DNA of 64,000 nt from an uncultured delta proteobacterium (GTDB lineage Bacteria > Desulfobacterota > Binatia > HRBIN30 > BPIQ01), in the NCBI GenBank assembly GCA_963761335.1, contig CAVXGR010000005.1:64001-128000 (forward strand). Reading direction: 5' to 3'. The notes under the pieces were generated by a model. It was not told the origin of the DNA and did no database searches. It worked only from the letters and a program-made list of their open reading frames with translations. Of this stretch, positions 43,304 through 52,259 are shown in pieces; within the stretch, counting starts at the first letter, position 1; every line of letters begins with the position of its first letter. Made by a program: the position numbers and the translations under genes.

Positions 43304-43321
43304 GGCCGCCGGCGTGTCGAC

Positions 43322-43969
43322 TCAGGCGCCGGGGAGAACGTAGCGCGCCATGAAGACGAAGTGCAGGGCGCTGCCGGCGAGCACGAAGATGTGGAAGATC
43401 TCGTGATGTCCGAACGCCTGCGGAAACGGATCCGGCCGCTCGACCGCGTAGATGACCGCGCCGATGGTGTAGGCGAGGCCGCCGGCGAGCAGCCAGGCGA
43501 GCGCCTGCAGCGGAAAGTGGTGCATGAGTGGCGAGACGGCCACCACCGCGATCCAGCCCATGCCGACGTAGAGCCCTGCCGAGACGGCGTTGGGCAGGTG
43601 GTCGAAGACGATCTTGAGAACCGTGCCGGCGAGGGCGATCGCCCAGACGACGCCGAAGATGCTCCAGCCCCAACCGCCGCGCAGCGAGACCAGGCAGACC
43701 GGCGTGTAGGTTCCGGCGATGAGAACGAAGATGGCGATGTGGTCGAAGCGCCGCAGGCGGTCCTCGCCGCGAGGCGACAGGGGCAGCCAGTGGTAGATCG
43801 TGCTCGCCGAGTACAGAAGGATGAGGCTCGCCCCGTAAACGGAAAAGCCGGCGACCCGCCACGGGTTGCCGTGGGATTCCACCACCAAGGCCACCAGTCC
43901 GGCGATCGAGAGAAGCACCCCGAGGAGATGCGAGTAGGTGCTGAACGGTTCCTTGGCGCGCCACGTCAT
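43322..43969 (-). CDS. trhA: Hemolysin III/TrhA family membrane protein
   Basis: SH, STIYH, DHIAIFVLIAGTYTP and HEIFH motifs. Confidence 0.9.
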   Translation of the reverse strand: MTWRAKEPFSTYSHLLGVLLSIAGLVALVVESHGNPWRVAGFSVYGASLILLYSASTIYHWLPLSPRGEDRLRRFDHIAIFVLIAGTYTPVCLVSLRGGWGWSIFGVVWAIALAGTVLKIVFDHLPNAVSAGLYVGMGWIAVVAVSPLMHHFPLQALAWLLAGGLAYTIGAVIYAVERPDPFPQAFGHHEIFHIFVLAGSALHFVFMARYVLPGA

Positions 43970-44070
43970 GGGGCTGATTGTATTCCCGCCGCTCCTCTGC
44001 GTCCAGCGGCGCCGCGGGATGCCAGGAGCGCCGCGATGCGCTAGACTCTGGCCGCACGAGGAGAAAGAGC

Positions 44071-45249
44071 ATGGCTTACGCAGAAGGGCGAGCTTTTCAC
44101 GACGCCGATTCGCACGTGATGGAGACGCCGGACTGGCTGGTGCCCTACGCCGATGCCGATGTCCGCGCCGCGATGCAGCCGCTCTTCGTCGCCACGGTGA
44201 AGCCTGGGGAGGACACCTTTATCGACCAGCTACGCCGCCGCCACGGCGATCCCGCCGAGCGCCCGGGCCTCGAGTCGGAGATCATGCTGCGCAAGAACTG
44301 GAGCGCCCTCGGCTCGTTCATCCGCGAGGATCGCCCCCGCGCCCTCGACCTGCTCGGCTTTCGCAGCCAGCTGGTGTTCAACACCTTCATGAACAAGTAC
44401 CTGGTCGACAGCGAGCACCGGCAGGACCCGAGCTTCACCTACGGCCTCGCCCGGGCGCACAACCGCGCCATCACCGACTTCTGCCGCGTCGACCGCCGTC
44501 TCCTGCCGGTGGGCTACGTTCCTCTGGCCGACTTCGAGCGCGCCCGCGCCATGGCGGAGGAGGCGCTCGACATGGGCTGCAAGGCCCTCATGATTCCATC
44601 CGCCTGTCCGCCGGGGCACTCGCCGAGCCACACCGGGCTCTTTCCCGTGTGGGCCGTGGCCCAGGAGGCGGGCGTGCCGGTCGTCTTCCACGTCGGCGGT
44701 GGCGGCAGGCTCCTCGACCCGAGCTACTTCAACAACGGCCTGCCGATGGTCACCGACTTTCACGGCGGCGCCGAGAACTTCCGCTCCGTCGACTACATGG
44801 CCATTCCCTTTCCGCCGATGCAGACGCTGGCAACGATGATCTTCGATCGCGTGCTCGATCACTTCCCGCGTCTCAAGATCGGCGTCATCGAGCAGGGCGC
44901 CGCCTGGCTGCCGAGCTGGATGCGACAGATGGAGTCGGCCGTCGAGGCGTTCCGCAAGACGGAGGAACGGCTGCGCAAGCTGGAACTCCGCCCCAGCGAG
45001 TACGTGCGCCGGCAGATCCGCGTGACTCCGTACCCGACCGAGCCGGTGGGCTGGATCATCGAGCAGGCCGGCGAGGAGGTCTGCCTCTTCTCCTCCGACT
45101 GGCCCCACGTCGAGGGCGGCCGCAATCCGATCAAGCGCTTCGAGGCCACCCTCGAGGGCATCGGCGAGCCGGCGAAGCAGCGATTCTACTGCGACAACTT
45201 CGTGGACCTGATGGGTTCGGCGCTGCAGGGCGGCGGCGGAGAGAGATAA
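44071..45249 (+). CDS. Amidohydrolase_2 family protein
   Basis: DADSHVME, FHVG and FSSDWPHVEG motifs. Confidence 0.92.
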   Translation: MAYAEGRAFHDADSHVMETPDWLVPYADADVRAAMQPLFVATVKPGEDTFIDQLRRRHGDPAERPGLESEIMLRKNWSALGSFIREDRPRALDLLGFRSQLVFNTFMNKYLVDSEHRQDPSFTYGLARAHNRAITDFCRVDRRLLPVGYVPLADFERARAMAEEALDMGCKALMIPSACPPGHSPSHTGLFPVWAVAQEAGVPVVFHVGGGGRLLDPSYFNNGLPMVTDFHGGAENFRSVDYMAIPFPPMQTLATMIFDRVLDHFPRLKIGVIEQGAAWLPSWMRQMESAVEAFRKTEERLRKLELRPSEYVRRQIRVTPYPTEPVGWIIEQAGEEVCLFSSDWPHVEGGRNPIKRFEATLEGIGEPAKQRFYCDNFVDLMGSALQGGGGER

Positions 45250-45386
45250 ACGCAAAGGCGCGAAGGCGCGAAGACGGGCTGCCGGAAGGTGGCGGCGGTG
45301 CTGGTCTGCATGGCCGCGGATGAGCATCCGACCCGTGCCGCCATGCCGCGACGTCTTTGCGCCTTCGCGTTCCTGTCCGGGGTACG
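45248..45386 (+). repeat. GxxExxY-associated hairpin repeat, solo diverged copy
   Basis: AAACGCAAAGGCGCGAAGGCGCGAAGACGGGCTGCC...GCCATGCCGCGACGTCTTTGCGCCTTCGCGTTCCT..GGGGTACG. Confidence 0.85.
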
Positions 45387-45410
45387 CAGAGGCCCACGCC
45401 TCGCGCCAAC

Positions 45411-46832
45411 TCAGCCGCGCTTAACCGCCGCGGCCACGGCGTCCCGTCCCTTCGCCTTGGCGCCGAAGAGCGCCTGATCGGCGGCGCCGAGGAGCTGTGT
45501 CATGTCGTCGGCGTCCTCCGGAAAGGCGGCGACCCCGAAGCTGGCGCTGAGGCGCACGGTATGACCTTCGCCGGCGAGGAAGATGCGGGCGCGGATTCGG
45601 CTCTGGATGTCCTTCGCCAGATCCACGGCCTCCGCCTTGTCGCACCCGGGCAGGACGACGACGAACTCGTCGCCGGCATAGGCGACGGCGAAGGAGGGCG
45701 CCACCAGGATCTCCTGGATGACCTGCGCCACCTCCTGGATCACCCGGCTGCCGTTCAGGTGACCGTAGGTGTCGACGATGTGCTTGAAGCGGTCGAGGTC
45801 GAGAAAGATCACCGAGCAGACCGCACCCGGAACGGCGAGCAGCGCGCCGAGCTCCTGGTAGAGATAGCGGGTGTTGAAGAGCCCGGTGAGATTGTCGTGC
45901 ACGGAGAGGTGGCGGTAGCGCTCCTCGCTCTTGCGCAGGGCCTCCTCCGCCTGCTTGCGCTCGGTGATGTCGATCAGCGCCGTGACGATGCGCGCCGGAC
46001 CGGTCTCGGTGGAAGGCACGACGGTCGTGCGCGCCAGCACGTTGCGCTGGCGACCGGCGAGCGTGCGGATGACGCCCTCGCGCTGCTCCGAGACGACGCC
46101 GCCGGTGGCCAGATCGGCGATGACGCTGCGAACCATGCCGGCGAAGGCGGCGGGGTCGGCGACGTACGGGAAGGCATCGAGATCGTGCGGCGTCTGCGTC
46201 TCGAACAGCTCCATGGCGGCGGCGTTCATGTCGCTCACCCGTACCATGTCCAGGCAGGTGCGGAACTCTTCCGGATGCCGGCGCAGGTGATCCTCGAAAT
46301 CAGTGATGCCGTTGCGCTGCAGCGACTCGAGATGGTCCTTCAAGGCCGTGGCGTCGCGCTCGACCAAGGCGATCGGCGTCGACTGGAAGAGCACGCGGTA
46401 GCGCCGCTCGCTGTCGCGCAGCGCCTCGAGGGCGTGCTTGCGCGCCGTGCTGTCGATGCCGATGGAGAGCAGCTCGCGGCCTCTGCCGGAGGCGTCGCGC
46501 AGGACCCGGTTGCGCCAGGTGATCCACGCGCGCTCGCCGCCGCGGCGGATGTTCTCGTTCTCGTTGTCGACGTAGCGGTCGGGATGCTGCAGCAGCTCGG
46601 CGATCATCTGCACCAGGTCGCGCCCGGAGCTCTCGGTTTCCGGAACGATGGTGCCGATCACCGATTTGCCGAGCAGCTCGTCGGCGGAGAACCCGAAGAA
46701 CTGGAGCCCGAAGTCGTTGAGGAAGAGAACGCGCCCCTCGAGGTCCCAACGCAGCACGATGGTGTTGGCGCTCTGCACCACCTCACGGTAGCTGATCTCG
46801 TCGGCGCCCTGCGGCGCCCTGTCGGGGCTCAC
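45411..46832 (-). CDS. PAS-PAS diguanylate cyclase (AGDEF variant)
   Basis: Two PAS/PAC domains; DNLTGLFN, DLDRFK..D.YGH and YAGDEF motifs. Start approximate. Confidence 0.88.
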   Translation of the reverse strand: MSPDRAPQGADEISYREVVQSANTIVLRWDLEGRVLFLNDFGLQFFGFSADELLGKSVIGTIVPETESSGRDLVQMIAELLQHPDRYVDNENENIRRGGERAWITWRNRVLRDASGRGRELLSIGIDSTARKHALEALRDSERRYRVLFQSTPIALVERDATALKDHLESLQRNGITDFEDHLRRHPEEFRTCLDMVRVSDMNAAAMELFETQTPHDLDAFPYVADPAAFAGMVRSVIADLATGGVVSEQREGVIRTLAGRQRNVLARTTVVPSTETGPARIVTALIDITERKQAEEALRKSEERYRHLSVHDNLTGLFNTRYLYQELGALLAVPGAVCSVIFLDLDRFKHIVDTYGHLNGSRVIQEVAQVIQEILVAPSFAVAYAGDEFVVVLPGCDKAEAVDLAKDIQSRIRARIFLAGEGHTVRLSASFGVAAFPEDADDMTQLLGAADQALFGAKAKGRDAVAAAVKRG

Positions 46833-46949
46833 GGCGCCATTCAAACTACGGCTGCCCGCGTCGATCAAGGGAAAAGCGCCGCGGCTTCGGAGGGCGGCCA
46901 TTCTGGCCGCCGGCCGTCGGCCCGGTTCGGCGTGCGTCCCCCGCGTCGT

Positions 46950-47828
46950 CTACTCGGTCGCCACCGTCCACATCCATCCGATGGCCAGGGTGACGAAGAA
47001 CAAGGTGCTCATCGTCAGCACCACGGCGCCGCCGCTCGGTACCATGAAGCGACTGGAGAGCAACAGGCCGCCGATGCCCGCGATGAGGGCCGCCGCGATG
47101 CTCAGGCTCAGGTAGGCGCGCGTGGTGCGTGCCAGGTTCCGCGCCGCCGCCGCCGGCACGACGACCATCGCTTCGATGAGGAGGGCGCCGATCACCTTGA
47201 GGCTCACGACGATTGCCGCCGTCAGCAGTACGACAAAGAGATAGTCGATGAGGCTCGAGCGAACCCCGGTGACCTGGGCGACCGCCGGATCGAGGCTGTC
47301 GAGCAGCAAGCCGTTGTAGATCAGGGCCAAGAGCATCCCGATCGCGATGCCGATACACAGAAGCAGAAGCAGGTCGAAGTCGGTCACCGTGAGAAGGCTG
47401 CCGAACATGATCGCCTCGACCTGGTGGATGTTGAAGCGCTTGGTGACGGCGACCAGCAGGCAGATGCCGAGACCCAGGGTCATGGAGAGAAAGACACCCA
47501 CCAGGGTGTCCGTTGGCAATGATGCGTGGCGCTTGACGTAGACCATCGCCAGCGCGGAGAGGAAGCAGAAGCCGAAGATACCCCCATAGGCGCCGTTGAG
47601 AGGCTCGCCGAGCAGGAGCCCGATGGTGAGGCCGGTCAGCGCCGCCTGACCGAGCGCGGCGGAGAAGAAAGACAGGCGCCGGGCCACCACCAGATGGCTC
47701 ATGCCGCCGAGCAGGGGCGCGATCAGCAACACCGCCAGGAAGCCGCGTATGAAGAAGGTGTACTGAAAGACGTCGGGGAGCGTGCCGCGCGCCGCCAGGG
47801 ACGCGACCCACGCGTAGAAGGCGGTCAT
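46950..47828 (-). CDS. Metal ABC transporter permease (FpvE/ZnuB-like)
   Basis: ABC-3 permease pattern (MFGSLL, KVIGALLI..VVPAAAARN). Confidence 0.9.
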   Translation of the reverse strand: MTAFYAWVASLAARGTLPDVFQYTFFIRGFLAVLLIAPLLGGMSHLVVARRLSFFSAALGQAALTGLTIGLLLGEPLNGAYGGIFGFCFLSALAMVYVKRHASLPTDTLVGVFLSMTLGLGICLLVAVTKRFNIHQVEAIMFGSLLTVTDFDLLLLLCIGIAIGMLLALIYNGLLLDSLDPAVAQVTGVRSSLIDYLFVVLLTAAIVVSLKVIGALLIEAMVVVPAAAARNLARTTRAYLSLSIAAALIAGIGGLLLSSRFMVPSGGAVVLTMSTLFFVTLAIGWMWTVATE

Positions 47829-48538
47829 CGCAGGGTTCCGGCGCCGGCGACCAGCGAAGCCGCGAGATCGTCGGCGAGAATCTCTGCCGGCGGGCCGGTG
47901 CCGCGCACCTCGCGGTTGAGCAGGGTCACGTAATCGGCGACCCGCCGGACGTGCGCCAGGTCGTGCGAGACCATGAGGATGCTGGTCCCGGTGGACGCCC
48001 GGAGGCCGAGCAGGATGTCCTCGAACTGCTGCAGGGCGCTCTCGTCGAGTCCGCTCTCGGGCTCGTCGAGCAGAAGCAGCTCCGGAATGGGATCGAGGGC
48101 ATTGGCCAGCAGGACTCGCTGCAGCTCGCCGCCCGAGAGCGCTCCGAGCGGTCGTTTGTCGAAGCCCGCCAGGCCGACCCGTTCCAGCAATCCGCCCAGC
48201 CGCGAGCGGGCCCCGCGGGAAACACCAAAGCAGATCGGCCGGCGCTGGCGCGGCAGGGCGAGAAACTCACCGACGGTCAGCGGCAAGGTGCGATCGACGG
48301 TGAAGAATTGAGGCATGTAGCCGATGCGCCCCGAGTGCTGCCAGTGGAAGCGGATGGTGCCGGTGAACTCGATCAGTCCGAGCACGGCGGAAAGGAGGGT
48401 GCTCTTGCCCGCTCCATTCGGCCCGACGAGCAGATGGATCATGCCCGGCGCGATGTCGAGAGAAACCTTCGAGACCAGTGCCCGCCGATTCCGGGAGATG
48501 GTGAGATTGCGAATCTCCAATACCGGCGGATTCTGCAC
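47825..48538 (-). CDS. Metal ABC transporter ATPase (FpvD/ZnuC-like)
   Basis: GPNGAGKS, LSGGE, LLLLDEP and SHDL motifs. Confidence 0.92.
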   Translation of the reverse strand: MQNPPVLEIRNLTISRNRRALVSKVSLDIAPGMIHLLVGPNGAGKSTLLSAVLGLIEFTGTIRFHWQHSGRIGYMPQFFTVDRTLPLTVGEFLALPRQRRPICFGVSRGARSRLGGLLERVGLAGFDKRPLGALSGGELQRVLLANALDPIPELLLLDEPESGLDESALQQFEDILLGLRASTGTSILMVSHDLAHVRRVADYVTLLNREVRGTGPPAEILADDLAASLVAGAGTLR

Positions 48539-48541
48539 AGC

Positions 48542-49453
48542 TCACTTCTCCGGATCGGTGACCAGGGCCTTCACGATCGAATCGACGTTCTTCTGCATCT
48601 CGGTTTCGAACTTCTCCGGGGTGAAGGCGCCGGAGGCGATGTGGCTGATGATGTAGACCTTGGCGTGGCCGTCGTCGCGAAGCACGCGCAGCAGAGGCTC
48701 GGGAAAGCTCGCCTCGCTGAAGATGACCTGGATGTGCTCGCGTTTCAGCAGATCCACCATCTCGCCCAGCTCTTTGGCAGACGGGATGAGGCCGTGCGCC
48801 GGCTGCACGACGCCGGCGATCTCGATGCCGAGCTCCTGCATCAGGTAGACGTAGCCGTCGTGGACGGTGACCACGCGCTTGATGCGGGCGTCCGCGAGCC
48901 GTTTCTCTGCGTCGCTCTTCATGGCGCGCAGGCGGCGCGCGTAGTCGGCGGCGTTGCGTTGGAAGACCGGCGCCAGCTCGGGGCGCATCTCGCCCAGCGC
49001 CTTGGCGATCGCGTAGGTCTGGATGATGGCATTGGAGAACGAGATGAACGTGTGCGAGTTCACCATGTTGCCATGGGCCGACTTGATCAGCGGAACGCCG
49101 TCGTTCGGCTTGATGATGCGAATCTTCGAGTTCCCCGAGGCGCGGATCATATCGAAGATGAAGTCGTCGTGGCCGATGCCGTTGACGACGATCGCGTCGA
49201 GGTCGGTGAGCTTCTGGATGTCCTGCGGGCGCGGTTGGTAATCGCCTGCATCGACCTCCCCCGGAAGGATCGGTCTCACCTCCACGTCGGTGCCGCGGAC
49301 GATGTTTGCCGTCCAGGAGTAATAGGGGTGCAGAGTGATTCCCACCTTGAGCGGCGGCTTGTCGCTCGCCGGCCCGGCGGCGGCAGCCGGCGGCGCTCCC
49401 TCCAATGCGGAGGCAGTCAGGGCAATGAGGATCACGCGAAGGATCGCCTTCAT
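48542..49453 (-). CDS. Metal ABC substrate-binding protein (FpvC-like, cluster A-I)
   Basis: GITLHPYYS, NGIGHDDF, NSHTFIS, PAHG and SHI match P. aeruginosa FpvC as I recall it. Confidence 0.88.
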   Translation of the reverse strand: MKAILRVILIALTASALEGAPPAAAAGPASDKPPLKVGITLHPYYSWTANIVRGTDVEVRPILPGEVDAGDYQPRPQDIQKLTDLDAIVVNGIGHDDFIFDMIRASGNSKIRIIKPNDGVPLIKSAHGNMVNSHTFISFSNAIIQTYAIAKALGEMRPELAPVFQRNAADYARRLRAMKSDAEKRLADARIKRVVTVHDGYVYLMQELGIEIAGVVQPAHGLIPSAKELGEMVDLLKREHIQVIFSEASFPEPLLRVLRDDGHAKVYIISHIASGAFTPEKFETEMQKNVDSIVKALVTDPEK

Positions 49454-50109
49454 GATTTCATCTCCTCGAAGAGCGTCTTCACGCGAATCTGCATCCATCC
49501 CGACTTGGACGGGTCGAGGGCGACCTCGGGGCTCGGGTGCGGAGGAGCGTGTTCCCAGTAGGTTACGTGCAACAGGCGCCCGTCCGGCATGAGCTGGTGC
49601 TCTTCGTCCACCAGGGACGGGTCGGCCTTCTCTCCGTTCTGTGGGTCCGGCTCGAGGATCATGATCATGAACGCTGGTGCCGAGACGTCGGCCGAGGGGA
49701 TGCCGACGTACTCGTACAGCAGGCGGTCGCGCTGCAGGGTCCACTGCGTGTCCGCTTTGTCGAGCACGTCTGGCGCAAAGGGTGGGATGCCTTGCTTCTC
49801 CAGTGCGGCGACGGACGGCCAATCACCGCGCGAGGGTCCGGTGGCGAGCATCTCGACGACGCCCTCCTGCATCTCGCGAAACATCCGCTGCTCGCCGGCC
49901 GGCAGGTCGCGGAACAGCACCTGAAAGGGGAGGACGCCCGTCGAGGCTGGCGAGCCTGCGAGCCGCCCCGGGCCAAACCGTTCGAAGGCAATGATGTAGA
50001 TGACGCAGAGAACGATGAACACGCTCGCCAAGACCACCCATGCCTCCTCGTCGCGCGCCGACGGCGGCAGGACCTCGACAACACGGGTCGCCGGTCGAGG
50101 TGGGAACAA
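49450..50109 (-). CDS. FpvK-like (DUF6162-type) membrane-anchored protein
   Basis: P....E..V TM segment, DL...EQ, LEKQGIPPFA and C-terminal GW.QI; stop overlaps the SBP ATG. Start uncertain. Confidence 0.65.
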   Translation of the reverse strand: MFPPRPATRVVEVLPPSARDEEAWVVLASVFIVLCVIYIIAFERFGPGRLAGSPASTGVLPFQVLFRDLPAGEQRMFREMQEGVVEMLATGPSRGDWPSVAALEKQGIPPFAPDVLDKADTQWTLQRDRLLYEYVGIPSADVSAPAFMIMILEPDPQNGEKADPSLVDEEHQLMPDGRLLHVTYWEHAPPHPSPEVALDPSKSGWMQIRVKTLFEEMKS

Positions 50110-50212
50110 GAGTGATGGCCAGCGCCCCCTTTTTTCTGCGCCTGGGGAAGACAATTTGCGACATGTAGCATGTGCTCCGTTGAATTCGAAGAAGCCGCGG
50201 TTTGCCCGTCGG

Positions 50213-50367
50213 AAACGCCAAGGCGCAAAGACGCAAAGACGGGCTGCTGAGAGGCGGTGGCCGTACCCGGCGCCATCGCCGCGGCCGAGACTCCGAGCCT
50301 TGCAGCCATGCCGCGGCGTCTTTGCGTCTTCGCGCCTTTGCGTTTTCTCTGTGGGGTACGGACGCGA
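50213..50367 (+). repeat. GxxExxY-associated hairpin repeat, upstream copy
   Basis: Arms ACGCCAAG-GCGCAAAG-ACGCAAAG-ACG / CGT-CTTTGCGT-CTTCGCGC-CTTTGCGT; conserved core; tail TCTCTGTGGGGTACGGACGCGA. Confidence 0.92.
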
Positions 50368-50392
50368 AAGCTCAAACACTGGAGGCAATTTC

Positions 50393-50773
50393 ATGGACGA
50401 AAACGAACTGAGCTTCATCGTCGTCGATGCCGCGGTCGAGGTCCATCGAGATCTCGGCGGGCCGGGCCTGCTGGAGAGCGTGTATGAGGAGGCGCTTGCC
50501 TGGGAGCTGGACGCGCGAGGTGTGCCGGTGCAACGGCAGAAGCTCGTACGAGTTCGGTACAAAGGCCGCCAGCTCGCCACGCCTCTTCGTGTCGACCTCG
50601 TGGTCGGCGAACGGCTACTCGTCGAGTGCAAGGCCGCCTCGCAGACCCACCGGATCTTCAAGGCCCAGCTTCTGACCTATCTCCGGGCAACCGGGATTCG
50701 CTTGGGCCTGCTGATCAACTTCGGCGAGCGGCTGGTTCGCGACGGCATCCATCGGGTCGTGAACGGGTTGTAA
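50393..50773 (+). CDS. GxxExxY protein (PDDEXK_3 / PD-(D/E)XK-like nuclease), 126 aa
   Basis: GPGLLESVY signature; RVDLVV...VECK; QLLTYL..GLLINFG; GGAGG RBS at 50381. Confidence 0.95.
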   Translation: MDENELSFIVVDAAVEVHRDLGGPGLLESVYEEALAWELDARGVPVQRQKLVRVRYKGRQLATPLRVDLVVGERLLVECKAASQTHRIFKAQLLTYLRATGIRLGLLINFGERLVRDGIHRVVNGL

Positions 50774-51098
50774 AAAGAACGCGGAGGCGCAAAGACGCAA
50801 AGCCGGGCTGCCGAAAGGCGGCGGCAGTGCTCGTCGCCATCGCGGCGGCCGAGACTCCGAGCCTTGCAGCGATGCCGCGGCGTCTTTGCGTCTTCGCGCC
50901 TTTGCGTTCCTCTGTGGGGTGCGGACGCGACGGCATCCATCGGGTCGTGAATGGGCTGTAGGAAGAACGCAGAGACGCCAAGGCGCAAAGACGGGCTGCC
51001 GACAGGCGGCGGCAGTGCCCGTCGCCATCGCGGCGGCCGAGACTCCGAGGCTTGCAGCGTGCCGCGGCGTCTTGGCGTCTTCGCGCCTTTGCGTTCCT
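50738..51098 (+). repeat. 188-bp tandem duplication: GxxExxY 3' end plus hairpin repeat, two units
   Basis: CGCGACGGCATCCATCGGGTCGTGAA at 50738 and 50926; stops at 50771 and 50959; each followed by the hairpin element. Confidence 0.92.
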
Positions 51099-51157
51099 CC
51101 GTACGGCTTGCACGGCTCCCGGACTCAGCTATGCAGGGAATGCGGGAGGATGACATC

Positions 51158-52120
51158 ATGCGCGACACATCGAAGTTCGGTTCCCAAACCATCACCGACG
51201 AGGTCCTCGAGGGCATCGATCTCACCGGCAAGCGGGTGCTGATCACCGGTGGATCGAGTGGGCTCGGCGAGGAGACGGCGCGGGCCCTGGCGTCGAAAGG
51301 CGCGCACGTCGTGATCACCGCGCGCGACCTGGCGAAGGGGCGCGCCGCGGCGAAGCAGATACGCGAGTCGACGGGCACGGCGGAGGTCGAGGTCGAGGAG
51401 CTCGAGCTCGCCTCTCTGGCGAGCATTCGCGCCTTCGCCGATCGCTTCCTGGCGCGGCACGCGGAGCTGGACGTTCTGGTCGACAATGCCGGTGTCATGG
51501 CCTGCCCGTTTGCGAAGACGGCCGACGGCTTCGAGATGCAGTTCGGCACCAACCACCTGGGGCACTTCTTGATGACCTGCCTCCTCGTGCCGGCGCTGCG
51601 CCGCGCGGCGCCGAGCCGCATCGTCTGCGTCAGCTCGCGCGGGCATCACCTGTCGCCGGTCGACTTCGACGACCCGAGCTTCGAGCGCAGGCCGTACGAC
51701 AAGTGGGTTTCCTATGGCCAGTCGAAGACCGCCAACGTGCTCTTCGCCGTGGGGCTCGAGCGCCGGCTCGGCGGCGCGGGGATACACGCCAACGCCCTGC
51801 ACCCCGGGGCGATCATCACCGAGCTGGGCCGGCATCTGCAGCCCGAGGACGTCCAGTTCCTGCAGTCGCGCGCCCCCGCCGGCGGGCAGCTGCAGTTCAA
51901 GTCGGTGCAGGCGGGTGCGGCCACCTCGGTGTTCGCCGCGACCGCGCCGGAGCTCGAAGGGCGGGGCGGTCTCTATCTCGAGGACTGCCACGTCGCCGAG
52001 GTGAACGACGCCGCCAATGCCCTCGACGGGGTGAAGTCCTACGCCATCGATCCGGATAACGCCGAAAAGCTGTGGGCGCTGTCGGAGAAGCTCGTCGGCG
52101 GGCGCTTCTCCTGGACGTGA
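51158..52120 (+). CDS. SDR oxidoreductase (WWOX/retinol dehydrogenase-like)
   Basis: TGGSSGLG, NAGVM, FGTNHLGHF and YGQSK motifs. Confidence 0.93.
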   Translation: MRDTSKFGSQTITDEVLEGIDLTGKRVLITGGSSGLGEETARALASKGAHVVITARDLAKGRAAAKQIRESTGTAEVEVEELELASLASIRAFADRFLARHAELDVLVDNAGVMACPFAKTADGFEMQFGTNHLGHFLMTCLLVPALRRAAPSRIVCVSSRGHHLSPVDFDDPSFERRPYDKWVSYGQSKTANVLFAVGLERRLGGAGIHANALHPGAIITELGRHLQPEDVQFLQSRAPAGGQLQFKSVQAGAATSVFAATAPELEGRGGLYLEDCHVAEVNDAANALDGVKSYAIDPDNAEKLWALSEKLVGGRFSWT

Positions 52121-52259
52121 CCGCCGCGCATGGCAAAGCACCTGTTGACTTGGTTTAATCGGAGCGTTTTCACTCATCGGCATCGAGTTCTGAGGAAGCA
52201 CCTGGGTGGCGCCCGCTGAGCCGCTCCGGACGACGGCAGAGGCTCCCGAGGGGCAGAGG

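Noticed and set aside
50738..50961. Diversity-generating retroelement VR/TR pair
   Set aside because: The differences are not adenine-specific on either strand, are all synonymous, span only 36 bp, and there is no reverse transcriptase in the window.
50626..50961. 111-aa ORF ending in the same RDGIHRVVNGL
   Set aside because: It overlaps the GxxExxY gene out of frame and reads through repeat DNA; it is a by-product of the duplication.
50213..51098. CRISPR array
   Set aside because: Units are ~135-188 bp with conserved interiors rather than unique spacers, and no cas genes are present.
52145..52259. Possible riboswitch or sigma70 promoter upstream of the methyltransferase
   Set aside because: TTGACT is present but the -10 is weak; the GAGCC/GGCTC hairpin matches no SAM, guanidine, fluoride or ZTP consensus I can recognise. 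An Rfam scan would be needed.
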